In this document: piece by piece, positions 52,301 through 61,300 of the stretch
How positions within the stretch are numbered: the stretch's first letter is position 1
Layout of the letters: each line of letters starts with the position of its first letter
Assembly: GCF_032191835.1 (NCBI RefSeq)
Contig: NC_083231.1
Coordinates: forward strand, 55,056,001 to 55,120,000
Source of the DNA: Heteronotia binoei
Lineage: Eukaryota
Length of the DNA stretch: 64,000 bases
Reading direction: 5' to 3'
Program-made: the position numbers and the translations under genes
The notes under the pieces: model-generated
Seen by the model: only the letters and a program-made list of their open reading frames with translations
What the model was told of the DNA's origin: nothing
The model's database searches: none

Positions 52301-55300
52301 ACATCGGGCTCGCCGCCTCCCCAACAACAAGCGGGAGATTCGGCTTCTACGGACGTGTCTCTCGCTAAACAGAAACACAAGTCCGATAAAAAATCTTCGA
52401 AGCACGCCGAGACCGGCCATAAGGCTTCGAAGAAATCGCGCCACCTGGAACCCACGGGTCCGGCGCACAAAAAGTCTCGTCATCCCGGATCGGCCGATTC
52501 GGGCCCGAGGAAACTCCACGCGCACTTGGCTCCCAAGAAGCCTCAGCCTCCAATTTCGACATCGACCTCCATGGATCCTGTGACTCCAACTCAGCCTGCT
52601 CTTCCGCTTGAGTTGACGACTCCGTCGGACGTCATCACCGACATGCCCCAACTGACGCCTCACACATCTACAGCAGTTGAGGTCATACCGGTCCACTCTC
52701 GTTCGCCCTCGGTGCACAGCGTGGTCCCGACCGACTTCCTTGAACCCGATCTTACTAGTGAGTCTACCCAGACCTACCTGAAACCCCCGCTTCGAATCGG
52801 ATCCTTCCGCGATATCGGGATTTCTCCCCTGTATAAGGACCTCCGAGACGTCGGGATTTCTCCCCTGTACAAGGACTCGGCCGTTCAGGCCTCAAACAAG
52901 GGGCGCTCTCGCTCACCCTCACGTCGACTACGATCCCGGTCACCGCTCAAGGCTCGCTCCAGATCACCGCGCCGGCGCCGAGACTCCGACTCCTCTGATT
53001 ATTATCGGGACTATTATGCCCCCAGATACGACCGGCACCACTCTCGCTTTCATCGTCCTTCTCGTTCTCCTTCTCTTGAGGGCTCAGGTTATTCCCCGTA
53101 CCAATACGAGGACTCTCCTAGACCCCGTGATCGACTCCGTGACTTTTCTCGACGACTCCGCGATTCTCCACGCCGTGATTACTCCCGGGATCGGACCCGA
53201 CAGCCACGCCCCCGCGGCTTCGACCATGACCTCTCTTCTCCACCCCGTGACCAAGATCGGACCCGTGAACATGCCTATCCTCGGGATCGGATCCGAGAGC
53301 CGGACTACTCTCGCTATTCCCCTCGACTCCGCGAAAGGCTTCGGGAATCTGTTCGTCACTCTGATCTACAGCGACCCCGGGACCACTACCAGACAGAGGA
53401 CGCTAGACCGCGCACTCCATCAGCCTCGGCCGCGATTGCTCCTCCGGTCTCCACTCCTACAGACCAACCTGCTCAGACGATGAAATCTCAACCTGTTCCT
53501 TCGGACCCGATCCGACCCCCGCACTCTCCCTCGGGTGAGGATTCCCACTCCGACCCGGAATCGTCAGCATCCTCAGACTCCGAGGACCGTCCTGACTCGG
53601 TAGCCTCGGATTCGGTACCACAGCCCCGACTATCTCCATCTGATGCGTCCAAGGCCTATCTCCACCTAATTACAACCATGGCCGAAGCCCTCAACATTAC
53701 TCTTCCGTCGGACTCACCTAAGGTCTCTGACCTTGTACACGACCTCGTGCAAACGGACTTTCCACCGGGCTCGCTTCTTCCCATGCTCCCGGTACACCTC
53801 GAAGGCCTCCGCGAAACCTGGGACAAACCTGCCTCGGTTCCACCTACCGCGAAACGCTTTGACTCTCTCTACAGAGTTCACGCTCCTGAGGCTAAATTTC
53901 TTGCTTCTCATCCGGCGCCCAACTCCATTATCGTGCACTCAGCCACTAAGGCTAAACCATCCAGACATCCGACACCTCCTGACCGTGAAGGCAGGAAATT
54001 GGACACCCTGGCAAGAAAAATTTTCGGCCTTGCCTCTACAAATTCTAAACTAAACAATTATTTAGCCTACTTTTCAGCCTATGTCTACAACTTGGCTAAC
54101 CAATTTACGCCTCTTATTTCCGCCCTTCCTGAACCCTCCCAAAGAACGGCCTCCGGCTTGGTATCAGAGCTATCTAGAGTGTCCAAGCAACAGATCAACA
54201 CCATACGCCATGCTGTTTCTTGCTCGTCCAGGGTTTTTGCATCCTCTGTTGCCTTACGACGCCACGCCTGGCTGAGGTCCACAAATCTACAACCGGACAT
54301 TAAACAAAAAATAGAAGACCTTCCCTTCGATGGCCTCGGCCTTTTCCATGCTTCTACTGACGAAGTCTTAGCCTCGGTGGATGATGGCCGCAAACGTGCC
54401 AAGCGCTTGGGAGTTTCCCAACCGTTTTCCCAGCGTCCCAACCGTGCAAAGCCCTGGAGACCATCATTTCAAAGACGCCAAGGGTCACCTAAGCGTACCG
54501 ACTTCTGGAAGAGGAAGACTGGCCAGCAGAAACCGCAGTTTCAACAAAGACCGCGGTCACAACAGGCCAAAAAACCCTCCCTTCCTTCTAAACAGTCTCT
54601 TTGACTCCCCCGTACCGCTCTTCAACACACGTCTGTCACCGTTCCTTCCGACTTGGAACTCGATAACAACCGACTCCTGGGTGCTGACCATCGTGCGTCT
54701 AGGTTACGCAATCGAGTTCATTTCTCCACCTCGCCACCACTATTTCACAGCTACCCCCCCCTCTCCCCTCCTCCGTCAGGAGATCCTGGACTTGCTCCAC
54801 AAGGAAGCCATAGAGCCCGTTCCCCCCCTCCATCGGGGGACAGGCTTCTATTCAAGATACTTCCTTGTTCCCAAGAGGGATGGAGGAAGGCGTCCCATTC
54901 TAGATCTAAGGAAGCTCAACAAGCACATCGCATACAGGAAGTTCAGAATGATCTCCCTGCAGTCCATTCTGCCTCTTATCCCCAGGAATTCCTGGATGGC
55001 TTCCCTAGACCTTCAGGACGCTTACTTCCATGTGACAATCCGACCTCAACATCGGAAGTATCTACGATTTGCCATGGGCCGGGACCACTACCAATATGTG
55101 TCCCTACCTTTCGGCCTCTCCACTGCGCCCCGCGTGTTCACCAAGTGCATGGCGGTTGTGGCAGCTGCACTTCGCACTCGGAACATTCCAGTCTTCCCGT
55201 ACATCGACGACTGGCTCCTGGTGGCCCCGACACAACAGCAATTGGAGCACAACCTCGACACAGCTCTCACTCTTCTGAGCTCCCTGGGTCTCCGCGTGAA

Positions 55301-58300
55301 TACATCAAAGTCGCACCTCACACCTACCCAGGACCTCAAGTTTATAGGCGCCCTTCTCTGCAGCTCCCTGCATCGAGCTTTTCTCCCAGAGGATCGGGCA
55401 TGCACTATTATTGCCCTAGCCAAGGCAGTTCAACAGCAACCCCGTCAGTCTGCGTTCACAATCCAACGCCTGCTGGGCCTTATGGCTGCAACGACATCTG
55501 TCCTTCGATTTGCCAGACTGCGAATGCGACAACTGCAGATCTGGTTTGTTCGAGCCTACAACCCTCAAACGCAACCGCAAGCTGCTCTGCTCACTATCCC
55601 ACAGAGAGCGCTTCTATCTCTCACGTGGTGGACTGTGCCCAACAATCTACTAGAGGGCAAGCCGTTTCTACCGACTTCCCCTACGACCACTATAACAACA
55701 GATGCCTCCAAGTGGGGATGGGGAGCCCACCTAGAGGACAAAACTGTCAGAGGGCTTTGGACGACCACCGAGAGACTCATGCACATAAACTGCTTAGAAC
55801 TGATCGCGGTGCACAGAGCTCTTCAATCATTTCTCCCATTAATAAAGGGCCAGCATGTCCAGATCTCTACGGACAACATGGCGACTGTTTATTATATAAA
55901 CAAGCAAGGGGGCACCAGATCCCTCCGTCTCTGTCGTATAGCCGTACTGCTCTGGGAATGGTGTGTCAAACACAACATATTTATGACTGCCATTCATCTC
56001 CCCGGTGTGGAGAATACCTTGGCCGATTCCCTCAGCAGGTTTCGGATAGACGACCACGAATGGTCCATCACTCCGACCTACCTTCGCAGCATCTTCCGCT
56101 GCTTCGGAACACCCGAGGTGGACGCCTTTGCATCCAGGAACAATGCCAAGTGTCCTCAGTTTTATTGCAGGAGGGGCAACGACGCCTTTCTGCACGATTG
56201 GACAGGTCCCCTTCACTACTTCTTTCCACCGACCCCCCTTCTGACACGTGTGTTGGTGAAAATAACTCAGGATGGCACAGACTGCATCCTCATTGCGCCA
56301 TGGTGGCCTCGGCAACCGTGGTTCACGAGGCTGCTTCAACTGTCACGCCACACTTACTGCCGGCTTCCTCCTGCGGGCGACCTCCTCTCTCAAGCCAACG
56401 GTCAGGTTCTTCATCACAACCCTCGGGTCCTGGCCCTGACCGCCTGGAGAATACGGCCACCTTCCTCTCTACAGAAGTAGCCAATGTCATCCTCAACGCA
56501 AGAAAGCCTTCCACCAGACTTTCTTATCAGCGTAAATGGAAGCGCTTCTGTTCCTTTGCAACATCTTCTCAACTGCAGCCGGAAACGGCTCCACTTCCCC
56601 TAATTCTGGACTACCTACTTTCCCTACAGAAATCCGGACTCTGTTATTCCTCTGTGAAGGTTCACCTTTCTGCGGTTTCTGCTTTCCACAAGCCGATCGA
56701 TGGCAAGACTGTGTTCTCCCATCCCTTATCAAAGTCCTTTCTCAAGGGCTTGTTGCACCTCAACCCACCGGTTAAACCATTTGTTCCGACATGGAGTTTA
56801 TCGTTAGTCCTTTCCTGCTTGATGAAAGCCCCTTTTGAGCCTATGGCTACCATAGACCTCAATCTCCTTTCCTGGAAGACAGCATTACTCGTAGCCCTCA
56901 CCTCGGGCAAACGGGCAAGTGACTTATGCGCTTTCCGCTACGATCCTCCCTACACCATTTTCCACAAGGACAAAGTTGTTTTGCGACCGGACCCTGCGTT
57001 CCTGCCTAAGGTTGTCTCCCAGTTCCACTTATCAACCTCAACTTCTCTACCAACGTTCTTCTCCAACCCATCCGACCAGGGACAACGAGCCCTGCATTCC
57101 TTGGACGTTAGAAGGGCGTTATCCTTCTACCTTGATCGTACACAACCTTTCCGTAAGGACCCTAATCTGTTTGTGGCCTACGGAAACCCCCACAGGGGTC
57201 TTAAAATTTCTACCCAACGTCTGTCAAAGTGGGTAGTCAGTGCCATCAGGTTGTGCTACGAACTGGCTAAGCAGCCTTTGCCCGACGGCCTTAAGGGCCA
57301 CTCTACTAGAGCGGTCTCCACGTCTTCGGCCTTTCTACAAGGCGTGTCTCTAGAGGACATTTGTGCGGCTGCATCCTGGTCCTCTCCATCCACGTTCGTC
57401 TCCCACTATGCGATGGACGTTCGTGCGAGACGTGACGCCTCCTTCGGCCAAGCGGTCCTCAGATCCATCTTCCTCTGAAGCCAGGGGTGAGTGCATCCGC
57501 TTCCATCTTTACACTGCAGACCACGTCACATGATGGTTGATTGCGTGATTGCATGTGATTTGATTTTTCCTGTGACTAACCTTTTTCTTTACCAGCACCC
57601 TCCTCCAGTCCATCCAGCTGGCTAGTCACCCATGTGTGGGACTGCACAGAGACCACGAAGAAGATAAACAGGTTGCTTACCTGTAACTGATGATCTTCGA
57701 GTGGTCATCTGTGCAGTCACACACGCCCACCCAGCCTTCCCCGCTGCTGGCCTCTTGTGATTCTTCCGTAAACTTACAGTGTCATTGCCGGCGGCGGCTG
57801 GAAGAAACTGAGTGGAAGGGGCGCTCTCCCCCCGCTCCAGGCATGCGCGGTCGCTGCCTGCTCCCCAGAGCGGGAGGAAAGCGCGCCAAAAGACGTTATA
57901 AACGAGCTATTGGAGCTCCGAGGAATGGATCCGTTGCCTGCGGCAAGACCCATGTGTGTGACTGCACAGATGACCACTCGAAGATCATCAGTTACAGGTA
58001 AGCAACCTGTTTATCCTTCTGTTTCTAGAAATGAAATCTCTTTGGGGTCTATCTTTAGTGACATGATAGTTGCTGCATAATGGCTCTTCCCTCTACACTC
58101 AGCAATTCTGGAAGTAATCAAATAGAACAGGGGTGGTCAATGGCATGGCCGATGGCTGGGGCTGATGGGAGTTGGCCACCCCTGAAATAGAAGAAATCTA
58201 CATTGGGTTGAATTTTAGCAGTGCCCACATAAAAGGCTGGTTTAAGTATGTGTTTTTTTCCTATTGCTCCTTCCCATAGCCTCTGAACCTTAAAATGCTG

Positions 58301-61300
58301 GTTCTGAAGGTTGTGGGATTTGTAGAAATGAAAAGCCACACCTTCACTGAGGAGGTGAAAGCAATCTGGGTTACTCCTCTCTGCTTGTTCCATCAGTGGA
58401 GCCCTTTTGATCTAATCAGTTTTGTGGTTTGCAGTGAGAGAGGTTGCAAAAATGTTGTAAGCCATGCAGGCAACCATACTTATCACAGATTAAAATATTT
58501 TAATGTCATATTTTACTGTCATATTTTAATGTCAAATCTAGACTTCATAAAAATAGAATATGTATAAAAGGCTTGCATTTTATAAAACATGCAAAAAGAG
58601 CCATGGCTAGGGTCTCACCTTTGAATATGTCTCTTGCAGATACTCCACTTGGCTTCTTTGTGATTCAAGTACTGGCAGATGATATGGACCTGGGCCCACC
58701 TCTTCACTACAGTTTTGCTGAGGGTGGTAATCCTGGAAGGAAATTTGCCATTGACAAGTACAAGGGAATAATCACATTGGTGCAGGCATTAGACTTTGAA
58801 GAAATTGCTCAGCTTGAACTGTTGATCAGAGTTTCAGATTCTGTGCATCAAACCACAGAAAAACTTTTAGTCCTTATATCTGATATAAATGATAATCCAC
58901 CAGTATTTACTCAGGATGCATATCAGGTAAGAACAAAAATATTGCCTTGGAAGCTTTTATATGTAATACTTCTGTCGTGTGTGCTTGAACTACTTTAATC
59001 TGTTTTCATTTCAGGTGGTGATACCAGAACTCACAGCTATAAATGATTCTCTCTTAACTGTGTGTGCCACAGACAGAGATTCAGGGAATAATGGAAAGAT
59101 ATCCTACAGAATTCTCTCATCCTCTGATGCATTTTCTGTTGATCCAAAAAATGGTGAGTCTGCATGCATTTGGTATGGAATGTGCATTATGGATTGTATG
59201 ATTGTACATCCACATAGCCACATGTAATTACAGTAGTCACTGGAGAAAGTCAAACTGTAGATTTCAGCTAGAATAGACATGAAACACAGGTAGAAAAACC
59301 AGCCATGTTAAAGCTAAAAGACAATGATATTGGAAATCTTTTACCTTCAGGCTGCCTGCAAAGCACAGTGACAGACTTCCATGCTGTCCCTATTCCATGA
59401 AAAATGGCAAAAGTTTAAAATTAGACTTCTCTTTTAGAATGCTGTTCAGCACAAATTCTTGGAATTAGTGAATGGATTTTGTGGAAGGGATTGTTGCTGA
59501 TCCTGAAAGTCAAAGTACCTTTAGGAATGGCATTAGATATGGCACAATGGAATTATCAGAATCCCATCCCCAGTTATGAACTCTTGTTTCATGTGTGCAG
59601 GAGTTTGCAAAAAAAGGGGAGGGTCAGGTCTGCCAGTTCTCCTTTTCCTCTGCAGCCAACTGTACTGTTCTTCCAGAAGATTACCTTATCTGCAGGAACT
59701 TTTTTTGGTTGCTGTGGAAAATATCAGAAAAGATTGCTTAAAACATTCTTGGTAGCTTGGAAAACCTTATTCTACTAAAATGTATAACAAACATCTCTGC
59801 CATGTTTGTTTGTTTTTTAATTTACACATAGTAGCCTATATTTTCAGGTTTGAAATGTTTTCAAATTGACAGGTGTTCCTTCCTCTTCACAGAGCACAGG
59901 AACAAAATAAACTGAAGCATGTTTCATCAGTTCATTTATCCATTCATTTAATTCCACCGTTCTCCCCAAATGGGGACCCTATGTGGCTCACTACAAAAAC
60001 TAAAGTACAATTATACAAAACAAATGAACAAGAGAATGGAAGAGGGAAGGCTTCTAAAATGTAGAGTACTACTTCTGTCTTCCTCCCTCCCAGGAAATAT
60101 TTCTGCCAGCTCTAGCCTATATCTTCAGGCTAAGATGAAGAGTTACTGGAAGTTTGTTACACCATAATGTATTTTTTGCTTTGTTGTAGGATCCCTATTT
60201 TTGACTAAGCCAGTGATGTACCAGGACAAAAATCCAATTATTCAACTCCTAGTGGAAGCAATTGACCATGGAAATCCTCCTTTGACTGCGGTTACTTCAG
60301 TGATTGTACATATACAGGATGTGAATAATTATGCTCCTCAGTTTACAATGGCAGCATATAATCTCAGTGTAAGAGAAAATCTGTCAATTGGAGAAAAACT
60401 GCTCACATTTTCTGCTCTTGATAATGACATGACACATGAAAATAGCTACATTGAATATTCCATTATTGGTGGTAATGGGAGTAACAAATTTCTTGTGGAA
60501 ATGTTTGTCATTGGACCACAATCTCCAAATAAAGTGGTTGGGAATCTTGTGTTGAGAAGCCTTCTAGACAGAGAGAAAATGTCATTTTACCAATTATTAA
60601 TTCTTGCATCTGACCGTGGAACTCCTCTTCTAAACTCCACAGCTACTGTATCCATCACAGTTTTAGATGTTAATGACAATCCACCTATATTTACCAGCTT
60701 GGAATACCATGTTCATGTTAGAGAAAATACCCCAGTAGGAAGTCATATTACTGTGGTTTCAGCAAGTGATTATGATGCTGGATCTAATGCAGAGGTCACT
60801 TACAGTATTGCCTCTGGAAATGAAAAGGAACATTTTCGATTAGATGGGAAAACTGGCTCCCTTGATCTGGTCCAACCTCTAGATTATGAAGAAACAGTGA
60901 CATTCAGTTTGACTATTCAAGCCTCTGATGGAGGAGCTGGTCTAAAAAATATGGCTTTTGCTACTGTTTTTGTCAATGTTCTTGATGATAATGATTATGC
61001 ACCAGTATTTGTGCTCCCCAACCTGGATTGCAGAGTACATGAAAATCTGCCCCCTTTTTCTTTTGTATGCACAATTTCTGCACTAGATTTTGATACTGGC
61101 CCCTATGGTCATCTTTCTTATGCCATCCAATCATCATGTTTGTCTGGCCATGGAACTTCTGTTGATGATGACATGTTTCTCATAGATCCTCTGACTGGGG
61201 CTGTCTGTACTAAACAAGTCCTTGACTTTGAACATCAGAATAAATATTGTTTTGTAGCTCAGGCAAGAGACAAGAGTGATGCCACAGCAACTGTTACAGT

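Larger units (their letters stand above)
51689..58015 (+). mobile_element. Full-length DIRS1-type tyrosine-recombinase retrotransposon in a DCHS2 intron
   Basis: Inverted terminal repeats, ICR complementary to both termini, gag + RT/RH/MT + YR ORFs, CpG-rich relative to the host. Confidence 0.96.

Noticed and set aside
51721-52368. 215-aa ORF upstream of gag
   Set aside because: Runs through the ITR and poly-A/low-complexity leader; no domain; mirrored by an ORF in the right ITR
54570-54595. Splice acceptor (ccctcccttccttctaaacAG) as the route to RT expression
   Set aside because: The next in-frame ATG for RT is about 350 nt downstream inside the RT domain and no convincing upstream donor was found; kept only as a minor alternative
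52210-56914. Minus-strand ORFs inside the DIRS element
   Set aside because: Short antisense shadows of GC-rich coding sequence with no motifs
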